DNA from: Auanema rhodensis
Taxonomy: Eukaryota > Animalia > Nematoda
Length of the DNA: 64,000 nt
Assembly: GCA_964057225.1 (NCBI GenBank)
Contig: OZ059896.1
Coordinates: 17,360,001 to 17,424,000, forward strand
Direction of reading: 5' to 3'
Positions 52,669-64,000 of this stretch are shown in pieces; positions within the stretch are counted from its first letter, which is position 1; the number at the start of each line of letters is the position of its first letter. The notes beneath the pieces are model-generated. The model worked only from the letters and a program-made list of their open reading frames with translations. It was not told the DNA's origin and made no database searches. The position numbers were made by a program, and so were the translations under genes.

Positions 52669-54413
52669 TTGACTAGCAGAGTACGTGCCGCCCGACCCGC
52701 ACGTTTTCAAGATTTTTAAAGGCAGTAAATTAGATATATCGTCGTTTTTTAACGCATTTTGAATAAGAAAAACAGAATGTTGTAATATTATTTATTTATT
52801 CAAATTAAAATACGAATTTTCAGAACGCTCTTGATTCCTGGATTCGAGGTATTTGTTTTCCACATTCATACCGATGATCTATCAATTTTGAGAAAAACTT
52901 TCACAACTTTTGAACATATTTTTTTATGTTTATCTATTATCTCACCTTGAACAACAGTTCACAAAGATTATGATAGAAAATAGTTTTCCTGATATACCTG
53001 TACGTCATTTCTAAATATATTTTGTAAATAAATAATATGTAGTATAAATATCAACCTGTACAAATCGCTTTCTGAATTAAATTATATTAATTCTTACACA
53101 ACCTGTTCTAACTTGAAAAGATATTTAAGTAATTTCTCGAAACTGTTGACCTTTTTTCATTGGGGGATATTTCATGAAGAAACAGAGATTTTCAATTTGT
53201 TATCTGAAACGAAATTAGCTAAAACAAACTGTTTAAAACTATGCTATTAAACAAGGAGGCAAGTAAAAGGATAGAAAATTGGACAAATGTTTTTGACCTA
53301 ATTTACGTGATAATGTACGTGAGCACCATTCATCAATAGAATAATGAAAGAAAAAAACCGAAAATGGTATTCAATCATGAGTGTCGATCTAACTGTCTAG
53401 GTTGCATATAGTTATAGTTGTTCATTGCGAAACACATTGCAGCATAATGAAAGGAGTATTTTTATCGGTGGCCATAGGATCCTCGGCTACTTTCAAAATT
53501 TGCTGGAAAACCGAGAGAATTCTACCAATAACCATTGCAGCGCAGCTGTTCTATCGTTTCTGCCTCTGCAGCTTAAGACAACAACAAGCAAAAACAAGAA
53601 AATACCTTCACTAGCACCATTCTTAAGAAATAATTGAATCATTTTGGAAAATCCATGATAACAACAACATATAGAGTATTTCGGTTAATTTAGCCCGTTT
53701 CATCTACACTATACTGTATTTGCAAATTTTTCTCTTCTTTTAATAGAACAACTCCAGAATAATCATGAAAATATAGAGCACGTATATAAAAAAAGAGAAT
53801 GGGAATTAGAAAAATTTGCATTGAGAACTGATTTTGCATGCCTGAAGCTACATTTTATTAAAATACAAAGTAGAGACCCTGATGCCAATAATTATTTCAA
53901 GATCTTTAACTGGGTGGACAACTTTGTGTAATGAACTATATTCATTTTTATTCATCACGACAAATTTATTAAGATTTATTTCAAAGTTAAAATTGATGTA
54001 TTTTTCATATTCATATCTATTTAGAAAATGTTTGATGCATATCAGTTAGAACAAAAAAATCATGCATGGTAAAGAGCAATACGTTCAAAATCATAGAAAA
54101 GATTTAGAATAGTTTACAACCAGTTCCACTTTTTAGATTTTGTTCAAGAAGAGTGACTTTATTTTAAAATATGTCATTCTAAACTCTTGAAGGATATTCA
54201 TACTATTGTCAATACAGTAAATACCATGCCAAACAAAACAAGCATAAATCGGACTTAATCTGTTATGTATTTTATTGCATAATCAATAATATATTACAGA
54301 ATTATCAATAATCATTAAGCTGAAAAGCTAACTTCAAAAAAATTAAGCTTATCCGTGGAATAGCGTGAACTATAATATATCGTCACGGTTAATTGCACAA
54401 AAAAACTAAAAAA

Positions 54414-54431
54414 TCGCGCGCAATTTTTGAA
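54414..54431 (+). promoter_or_regulatory. CDE-CHR (E2F/DREAM-type) promoter element upstream of Nup155
   Basis: TCGCGCGC + 4-nt spacer AATT + TTTGAA, about 85 bp before the ATG. Confidence 0.55.
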
Positions 54432-54515
54432 AATATCGTTAGCAAGATTTCGTCAATGATTAAATATTTTAAAACGTTAGCTTAATTATGATAAAAACTA
54501 AAGCTTTTTTAAGGA

Positions 54516-57500
54516 ATGGCAGAGAGCGTGGTGGGCGAATCTACAGATAATGCGGCCCAAAGAATAATTGATCAGATTGAGAATGATATTGAATTAGGAG
54601 ATGTTTATAATCGTCTTACCCAAAATGGTAAGTATACTTTATTTGATAATGAAACTTCTTTACATTTGAGGTACTACATCTGTTTCGGGTCTTGGTGGAA
54701 ATATATATAAAGAAGGTGGACAACCTGAGTACCTCCTTAAAAGGAAGCTTCCAATTCCTGAAGAGTTGAAACTCCAAATAAAAAGTATGGCAAATGGTCC
54801 TTATGGAATTTCATAGACTTTTTTTAGATATGAGAAGTCAATTTAGTATGGGCTTGTTCACTGAGATCTCTCGAGCTTGGGTAATCGTAGATCATGATAT
54901 TTTCATGTGGAACTATGAAACTAAGTAAATTTAAATCTGTGCCTTCTAAGTGATTCAAACTTTTTGTCTGTTTTTTTAGTGATGATTTGGCCTATTTTGA
55001 TGCTGTTCAAAATACCGTTTTGAAAATTGCTCTTGTTAAAGTCAAATCTGGAATTTTTTCAGTTAGTTTTTTTATTTCCCTTATGTTAGCTTCTCGAATT
55101 TCTTAAGGCTCCTGTTAATTACGGATTAATTGTGGGTACAATCGCCGATTTAACGTTATATCCAATGATTGTACAATCTGATGTTTCTATTGACCCAACT
55201 CATTACTTCAAGGTTTTTTTACTTGTCTTCGATACATTAATTTTTTTTTAAGGTTTCCTTGGAGCACAATACTATCAACGATATTATCAGTACTTCATGT
55301 GGTAGAGTGTTTTTTTCCGCTGATGACAAACTCTACGAGTTTGTTTATGAAGTTCGTACAACTCACGTTATATTTTTTATGTATGGATGAATGGCTTTAT
55401 TTCAGAATCAAAAAGGATGGTTTAGAGATGGAAAACGTTGTCGAATTGTTAACCAATCAGCTAGTATTCTGTCCACATTGATTCCTTTCTTTGGCACATC
55501 AACAGGTTTCAATTATTGATCTGAACTGTTTAATATACCATCATTCAATTTTAGAAGATATTGAGCAATTGTCCGTCGACAACTCTAGACATATATTGTA
55601 TTGCCTTGGAAGAAGTGGATCCATTCAAGTTTTTGATCTAGGTTCTGACGGTCAACAATGCACAAGGATATGTGCTTTGTTATCTGGACAAATTGCTGTA
55701 ATTGATATTTTTCGGTTCTTGAATCTCATTTAATCTTATTTTAGTCTCAAGCTAATCTTTTAACCCAGTATGGGCACGAAGAGAATAATTTCTCAAATAT
55801 CGTTTCTATTTCTGCATTGGAATCATATCAATCTAATCAGCTCAACTTGGTTCGTTTGATTCTTACCGTTATGAATTCTTTTCTTATTCCTCTATTCTAG
55901 GTTGCTGTAACTTCTAAAGGAGTACGCATTTATTTCTCAGTATTAGAGAGAAAAATAGGAACTTACGGTAGAACTGACCAAGGTGTTTATCAGAAGGTAT
56001 ATTTTCCCTTAAACTTTTAAAAATTTTGTATTTTTTTAGAACTTAACACAAGATGAAGTACGGGTTCAAAAACTTCGTGTGGCTCATGTACGTTTTGCAC
56101 CTGGTGTTGTACCTGCATCCGTATATGGACAAGGTACACAAGGAGTCTCAGTAGCCTACGCTGACCAATGTATACTTCTTAAATTTATTAATATAATCAT
56201 GTTTTTAAATTTAGCTTTATGTGTTATGGCTACTGTCAATAGAAAAGTTGTTTGGGCTATGTCTGATCTTTATTTCCCACATTCCAAATTTCTAAAAGAA
56301 GCTAAAGTAAGTGTTGATGATTGAAAAAAAATTTCATAGGTGTCTTTCAAAGAATATTAAAACATTTCATGATTTTTAAATTTCATTTTTTTTATTTATA
56401 GACTGAACTTTTTGTTGATGGAAATGTATGGGCTATATCTCCTTTAGCTCATGAGGTTTTACTCATTTTTTCTTCATTAAGTTCATATATTCATTTCAGT
56501 TACTCCCATATTCTCCTACTGACCCTTTCTTTGTACCCAGAGTTCTTTCTCACAACTTCCTTCGCCAAGTGATTATCGGACGTTCTAGATTGCTTGTTTG
56601 TTCAAATGAGGTTGATCATACTCTTGTATGTTATATATTTTTTTAACCATTAGGGCATTCACGAGTTTGAACAATTTACTCCAACTGATGCTCTGTGGCA
56701 TGCTTTACAAGAGGGAGGTCCTGATGGACGTGCTACTGCTGACCTTTTAAGAGAATTTGGTCAAACTGAATTGCTTTTCCTTGCTCTTAGATTGTTATGT
56801 AGCGATGTGCCTAAGGATGAGCGAATTAAAGATAAGGTATGCTTAGACTTGCTTCTTGTTTAGGACTTTACTATTCAGGCTGCTTCCCTGTTCTTCACGT
56901 TAAAAGATATTGCGTCCAATGCTGCTGGCGATGTAACTCATAATCCTGCCTGGAATCCTGCCGAAGATAGTATTGCTGATTGGGCCAACAGAATAAGATG
57001 TAAGCTCAAGTTTTTTATTTCTCTTTGTATATTATCATTCAGCTCCTTTATTTGCTTCTACTCCTGAACATAGCGTTGTATCCCCTAATGTATTTTCTAC
57101 TCCTTCATGCAGATCACCTCCAGGTATTTCTTTCAAAGTATTAAAATTTTAAAAATCTTCTTTATAGCTAATCAGTCAATGATTGGGTCTGCCCCTCATT
57201 CATTGAGTGGAGCACACAGGCATGATGCTCTATATCTTTACTTTGCTCGTTTGGTTTCATCTATTTGGACTCATCCAATTTGCAAGATTTCCAATAAATC
57301 GGTTTGTTTAAAACCTATTTTTGCTTTATTTTAAATTTAAAATTCTAGTTAGTAACAATTCTTTCAAAAAATGAGCTTGACTGGCTTTCAAATGAGTTGA
57401 GAAAATTGTCTGATGTTATGGAGAAATACCGACTTCTCCCGACAACTGAAGCTGGATTTAGAAACACGGCTGTTGGAAGGATTAGAAGTAATATTTAATT

Positions 57501-60500
57501 TACCAGATGCTATAATTGTTTATTTTCTTTTTTTAGATGATAATTCCAATGTCGAAAGACAATCTTTGTTAGTACTCCGCAAACTTGTTGCATTGTCAGC
57601 GGTAATTGTAGTTTATATTCCTTATTTTTATTGCTTATTTATTTAGGAAACATTATCTCTTTGGTCTATTGCTAATAGTTTCGATCTTCATGCGGTATCA
57701 GCTGGAATGAATCATGAAACAATCCAGTTGCTCTCCAGCAGACGGTTTTATCAATTAGCTAATGAATCTGATCATTTGAATGCTGATCTTATTCGCGCTT
57801 TGATTAAGTGGGTTTTTTTTTTAGAATTTACTGAATATAATTATTTTTTAGGTATTTCTTGGGAGATGAAGCTGGAACACGTGAACTGTCTGATAGATTG
57901 CGTAAAGATTGTCCTACTTTATATTCTGCTGTATAGAGTTTATTTCGTGTACTGTTTCGTAATATATCTTCTTCAGGACGATGCATGTGTAACTAATGCA
58001 ATGGAACAATTGGGAGCCGCAACGAACATTCTTCCAGGACCGCAGAGGCGACAACTTATCGAGAGCGCTTGCCATATGCTTTCCTCATCCATTCTTAAGG
58101 TTGATTTACCATCGATCAGCCAAACTCTTATTCCGCGTATGAATCTCACTGGTATTATGAAGTTTTGTTTTGTTGTTTTACAGTGAATGGATATGAGCAA
58201 CTAGTAGATCTCTGCTTGCTTCGTTCTAAGAAAGAAGATCCCAGACAGCTTGCATTGGTAGCTTTCAATAAAGGCAGTTGCACTGATGACGTCGAAATGA
58301 ATTTGATTTTAGAAAAGAGAACAAAAGCATACAAGTAGGTAAAGCTTTGAAAACTATATAAGTTTGTTCTTTCAGAGTGTTCACTGATGTTTTAACCGAA
58401 CTAGAGAACAGTATTAGCAACAATTCTCCTATGAGTAACGAGCAGGTTTGTATCATTTCACCTATTTTTGTTTGAATTTTTCCTTTAAACAAATATCAGG
58501 TTATTTATAAAACTTGTTGTTTTCAATTATACTGTCTTATGTTTACCTATATTGTTACAGTCTTTACATCGCGATCTTATGATTACAAGAATTATTTCTT
58601 CTGATGATGAGCTTGCTCATGCATCTCTCTTCCGTTGGATGATCGAGAAAAATAAATCAAATCTTATTCTTCAAGTTAGTTTATTTTATTCTTTAGTTGT
58701 TATCATTCAAATTTGTTTCTTGTCCTTCTTTCTACTCAAAGTAGTCATTGCTTTTCTTCTAAATGCATTTGTCAAGTCAGTGAGAGGAACAAACTTTAAG
58801 AAAAGCCGTATATTCCTCTCGGCAAAACCTTTTTTTTTATGAGATTTCTATATTTGCATATAATTATTTTCTGCTTTTGTCATGGAAGTAGAGAGATAGA
58901 TATTATTAACAAACTGAATATTCAATCATTGTTTTACCTTTGTGACTGAAACGGTTTCAAAGTAAAATAGAACTGAGTAAACTCACTAGAAAACATTTTA
59001 TAAGTCATGATATCTATCATGTAAAAATGTTTCCGGTAACAAACGCTTGCGACGCTGTCATATTTTTCTTTTTGCTAACAATTCTCTTATGATTTTCAAG
59101 GAAATTGATTTTTCCGTTTTTTTTTATGACTAATAATCGTTTTTAATATCACTGTGTGCAATGCTGCCATTGAATACAATCGCTTGAGTGTTAGATTTGA
59201 TGAATCATCATCACCGAAAGTTCTTTGCTCTGCGGAGCTATTGATAGAGAAGTTATATATTGTCAAGGTTCAGCTTCATTTCTTTGCAAAACTGAATATG
59301 TCTCTGTGTAATACTAGGAATGCTTTTATTATATTATAAGACAAATTAAAGAATGTCCTTACAATTTGCTTGAGATTATACAAACTAAGGCTGCTCACGC
59401 AACTGAATACAAATGTGATTTGCCCATATGTGTTCCTACTCCAGAACCGCAAAGCACTATTAACCTGGGCTCAAGATATTCACAGAATTCAAATAATTTA
59501 TTCTATAATTCACATTCAATTGAAATTCGTGATAACAGTAACAAAGTAAAAAATGACTGGATATAGAAATATATCAACTGTAATAGAATATGAGATCTGT
59601 TTTATTCCGTTTCTGCTTTAATTGCCCTCATTGCCTCTTCCTGCTGGCTGACTACTTGAAACAAATGATCAGTTAAAGATTGTGGGTTAGGAGGTGTATA
59701 AGTGTCATCAGATAACATTAAAACTCTTTTTGGGAAAGGCTTATTTGTTTTTGGAAAGCATTTCATAACCATATTCATGAGTTCTCGCTGCGATTCCTCA
59801 CTCCTGAAAGATTAACTTTTACTGTCTATACTGAAAGACTAACCAGTTATCTACGATTTTAAAGGTACTATCGGTATCGTGAAAGGTTTTCTGATGACTG
59901 TAAATTGAGCGTTTATTTTTAAATACGGCTTGGCATAAGTTACATGAAAATCTAAACGTTTAAAATGTAGATTTACATAAGTATGATGACTAAACCTATC
60001 GCTGAACCCATGTGAGCGTGCATGAGCGTATTTGCGTGTGCTATAATTTGCCGGACGTGTTCCTAGTGCAATTATTTTCGTACATACCTATCAATGAATT
60101 TTTTTTTCAATTCTATTAAAAAGAACTTACCATACACCTGATTGCCATATCTACACCTTCCTGGTATTCTTCTTTACCTTCTTCTTCATCACCACTACCA
60201 CCTCTTCTTAATTGAGGACACAGGGTACCTGGGTGATAAGGAACACCATTGTTTCGTCGATTTTTATTTTTACTATCCACTTTTGACTCGTCTAATGCGT
60301 TTGAAACTTTGAGGAGGGGATCCTCTAACAGATCGAACAATTTAGTTGCATTGATCAACCTGATTTCATTTTCAATTTCATCTTCGTCTTCTTCAAATGT
60401 TTCACCCGTTTCCCCACCATTTAACACTGCACCAATTGATGTTAGTGGGATTTGTTTCGTAGATGAAACTGTAACAGATTGTGAGGGCGCTTCTGCTATT

Positions 60501-63268
60501 CTCCGCCTCTTAGGATTTTCATGACAACCGCAGGCTGTCTGTAAATCATCTACTACAGTTATCTTGTGCTTGGCTCCTAACTAAAATAAATGGAAGTCAA
60601 ACTTGAGAGACGATGTTTGAACTTACTAATCGAGTAACGATATCACCAACATCGCACTTATCGCTTTCTACAATCACATACACCATCCTGAAACAATAAT
60701 ACATGTCAAATTCGAATAACTGTGTCACTTCGCCATGTAAAGAACATTGTAAAAAGTTTGACAGATGTATAGGGTATAGGACAGGCACTGTTCACGAGCA
60801 TGCTAAACGCCTGGCCGTTGTGCCAGCTCAGCGAACGTGAATGTCATTGCTTCATCATCCGCCTGTTGAGAGACGAGATGGAGGAAACGCAGCTGTAAGC
60901 TTTGAACTTATTTGAACAGGAGAGAGTGAGAGGGGTTGGGGAGATTTCAATTTGGCTTCTGTAACCGAAATACGTGTGTAGCGTGGAATGTGTATGTGTC
61001 TATATGACGTTTGCGTGCGTGTGTGCGTGTGCGTGTCGAGGTCGACAATCAATGGCGCGAACACGTGACGTGTACGACCGTGACGTTTGCCAGTGAGCGA
61101 TAGAGTATGTGTGTATCACCATAAGTAGTGAGAGAGAATAGGTGTGGAGAAGATAGGAGGAAAACGTGTAGAATATGGGGAATGAAATGCAGTTAAGAAA
61201 TAGCATAATGACCATGAGGTGGTTGGAGAAAAGTGTTTGCACGCGTGTGAGAGAGCGAGTGTGTGTGTGAGTGAGTGAGTGAGTGAGTGTGTGTATACTC
61301 GTGTGTATGTGTGTGTCTGTCTGTCGTGCTAGGCTATGTTATTAGCTGGTTGAATGGGGTAGAGACTGGGACGTCTGCTGTAAATGCACACATGTGAGGT
61401 ATTGAATCTTTTGAATAACATGAATGTGACTGATATGGTATTTCTAATGGATGGGACATTGAACCAAATAAGATTACAATATGAGCTGTAGATGAAATAC
61501 AAAAGATCCTTTTTTGAATTATCAATTATGCATTATTTTTGTAGTTTCTATCATAAAATTCTTTGAAAAAAACCTTGATATTTGCAATAATTATCATTAG
61601 CCAAAATGATCAACAGAGAAGCATGACAAAATTAAGGTATACGAACGAGCATTCTGAGAACTAAAGCAAATTCGGAACTTTGGAGTTCACACTTTGAACA
61701 CGAGGTTTCAAAATACATTGCTGAACCGTTCAAAATTTATAAATTCCTGACAAAGTCATTCATTCCGCTTTACTAAATAAATTTCGAGACTGAATCATCT
61801 GTTTACATCATTTTATATGACTTCTCATGCTTGAATGTTCACCATGCTTGGGAGAAATATGACATGCGTTCGGTGTTACTGTCACATTTCTGATTTATGA
61901 TCATGATGGAATCGAATTTTACATTATTTTAAAAGTAAAATATATGATGGTTAACAGTAATATTTTTAGAGCAAATCTCCTTATGTTGAGAAGTTCTTGA
62001 CTTATGAGATCTCTAACGGCCGAGATCAGAGATATCTTGACCTTCTTTGGCGGTGGTATGAGAAGAGTGGCAACTATGATAAGGCAGCTACCTTACTAGC
62101 CAGACTTGCTGATAGTACTAGGTATGCTAAAACGTTAAATGGCACATAGCTAACTAAGTTTTTAGAGCCGAGGTTTCTCTTTCTCAAAGATTCTCTTATC
62201 TATCTCATGCCATTATGTGTGCTGAAGCCAGTAATGATGAAAAGACTCGCGCTTGTTTAGAAGATTTAAGAGATAAAGTTGAAGTTGCCAGAATTCAAAT
62301 CGCCATACGGTAAGTGTCTGATAACGAGATTCAAGCTAATTTTCATGTTTTTCAAGGGACTGCCTCAAAGGCATTGCTAGTCCAACTCAAGTTCAAAAAG
62401 AGGCTGTTCGTACTCTCGATGGACCAATTTTACCACTCCAAGATCTGTTGTTTAACTTTGCGGTATTTTTCTCTATTTTCATGTAAAATTCATTCTTAAT
62501 ATTAGGTTCCATTGGACTTGTTCAAGATTCAACTATCTATTTATCACTGTGGAAGACTTTATCATGAAGATACAATCATGGATTTGTGGGAGAAGATATT
62601 AGATGCTGGTAAGATAATATATTGTACTTGTCACACTATTTTCAATCCTTTTCTTTAGAACTTAACATTAATGATGATCCTGCTGAGAGAGTTCGATGCT
62701 CTTTAAAAGAACTTTATAGCATTTTCAACCGCACAAAATATTTCCCAACTGGTATGTTTATTACTTGTTTTTATCTCATCTGACATTGAATTTGTTTAGA
62801 ATGGATTGTGCGACGCCTGTTAGCTAAAGGAGCTACTAGCAGAACCATTGACCCATCTTTCTATTATGATTTAATTAAAGATATTGCTATGTCTTCAAAT
62901 CAGTTCCTAAACTTACTCTTAGATGAGTACAGGTTTGTTTTCTCTTTACATTCTTTTCTGTATTGACGTTTTCAGAAATGGTGATCCATTCTGGTCAAAG
63001 GATGAGTTTGGACAGAAGTATATAGTGAAAGTTGGTATCTGCCACGTTGAAACCCTTTTAGAATATCCAAATGACCTCAAGAGAAAGTAGGTTTTTTAAT
63101 CTATCACCTGATCTGTAAATGCGTTATAGGCAAGAGCTTGTCGGAAGCTGCGAAGCTCTTCTGTCAGCATTCTCTTTGGACTCCCGATTGGTCTCTGCTA
63201 CCGCATCTTTGCGTCAGCTCAGCTCTCCATTGAGTGTGCTATTACATCGATTGCACGGTCTTCGTTAA
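54516..63268 (+). CDS. npp-8: Nucleoporin Nup155 (multi-exon; one 3.3-kb intron at 58675-61969)
   Basis: LPIPEEL...MGLFTEISRAWVIVDHDIFMWNYE; VAVTSKGVRIYFS; HVRFAP; RHDALYLYFARLV; SDDELAHASLFRWM; SKSPYVEKFL...YLDLLWRWYEK; LRDKVEVARIQ. Confidence 0.93.
59602..60686 (-). CDS. Nested two-finger C2H2 zinc-finger gene inside the Nup155 intron, 5 exons
   Basis: tttcag acceptor then ATG at 60686: MVYVIVESD...PKRRRI (NLS-like), acidic region, IRCMVCTK...HARSH, FSCNLCQAVF...HQKTFH, DNW...MKCFP, IKAETE*. All introns are GT-AG with consistent phases. Confidence 0.82.
61241..61320. repeat. (GT)n/(GTGA)n microsatellite upstream of the nested gene
   Basis: Directly visible. Confidence 0.85.
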
Positions 63269-63767
63269 GTTTTTTAAAATCTTTTGCGTACGTTTCCGTA
63301 CTAATTCATTACTAGCTTAGTTGTGTTGTTACTAAAAGGTAAATCAAACAGTTATGCCTCCTTATTATATTATTATATTTTGCATTAAGTGTCTGTTATT
63401 TACGTATTATCGTTGTTTGTTGATCATGTCGCTGCTAGTTGCTGTTGTGGATCTCCCATTTTTTTCATAAACTTTCCCGGTTTGTACCTCATATCGTTTT
63501 CCTCGGAACCACCGTTGCAACTCATATTATTTATTTTCTGTTTGAATCATGATCCTGTTGAAGATTGTCTTCTTATGTGCTGTAGTACATACGGATATAC
63601 ACTACCAGTGTGTTTTTCCTCGTCGCGAAATTGCATTGGTAGACTATAAATTGAGAGCAATATTCACTTTTTTTTACTTATTATTTTTAATACAGTCGTT
63701 TTTCACTGTAATTATCTAGTCATTGTTGTTAATTTATAATAATATTTGCTTATATTTTAAGTGAATC

Positions 63768-64000
63768 ATGCCCGGGGGAACCTTTGATCCGTACGATTGG
63801 AGATCATTCTATTTCGGAAAGATGGGCAGAGATGAGGCTCAGAGGCGTCTTTCTCGTAAAGAAGTTGCTGTAGGCACCTTTTTATTGAGAGATAGCTCTC
63901 ATCCTGGAGATTATTCACTTAGTGTTAGGTAACGCCGAGCACCAGTATTTCCCCAGCAATCTATTTTAGGGAATCTGATGATGAAAATATGGTAAGACAT
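63768..64000 (+). CDS. ced-2: CrkII adaptor (SH2 domain start), runs off the window
   Basis: MPGGTFDPYDWRSFYFGKMGRDEAQRRL...GTFLLRDSSHPGDYSLSVR|ESDDENMVRH closely resembles the CED-2 N-terminus; intron 63929-63969. Confidence 0.9.

Noticed and set aside
53100-53640. Small gene between the ankyrin gene and Nup155
   Set aside because: Candidate exons contain stops in all plausible phases; it may be UTR or promoter sequence.
59060-59566. Second nested gene in the Nup155 intron
   Set aside because: Short frames occur on both strands, but I could not build a consistent start, splice pattern or recognisable motif.

Overview
AT-rich nematode (rhabditid-like) genomic DNA with very short introns (about 35-60 nt) and TTAGGC telomere-type repeats. 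0-4.2 kb is a patchwork of dead transposons: two head-to-head maT/mariner-type copies, two convergent Merlin (IS1595/ISXO2-like) transposases with a degenerate TTAGGC array between them, a Tc1 copy, and an LTR-retrotransposon gag-knuckle/protease scrap. 4.3-17 kb holds a recent tandem triplication of an Srsx-family chemoreceptor gene together with a TA-flanked MITE-like element. 18-35 kb is an apparently gene-free stretch leading into a multi-C2H2 zinc-finger transcription factor gene (35392-38493). The putative 3' UTR of that gene carries a near-fully complementary, centrally bulged miR-124 site plus extra miR-124 seed matches; this is the most striking unexplained signal. A compact gene block follows: a DUF4440/NTF2-like gene (-), an intact RIG-I-like drh-1 (+), a ubiquitin-like + AN1 zinc-finger gene (-), an ankyrin-repeat gene resembling ANKRD28/44/52 (-), Nup155/npp-8 (+) with an antisense C2H2 zinc-finger gene nested in its one large intron, and the start of ced-2/CrkII. 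All gene models were spliced by eye and homologies are recalled from memory; no database search was run.
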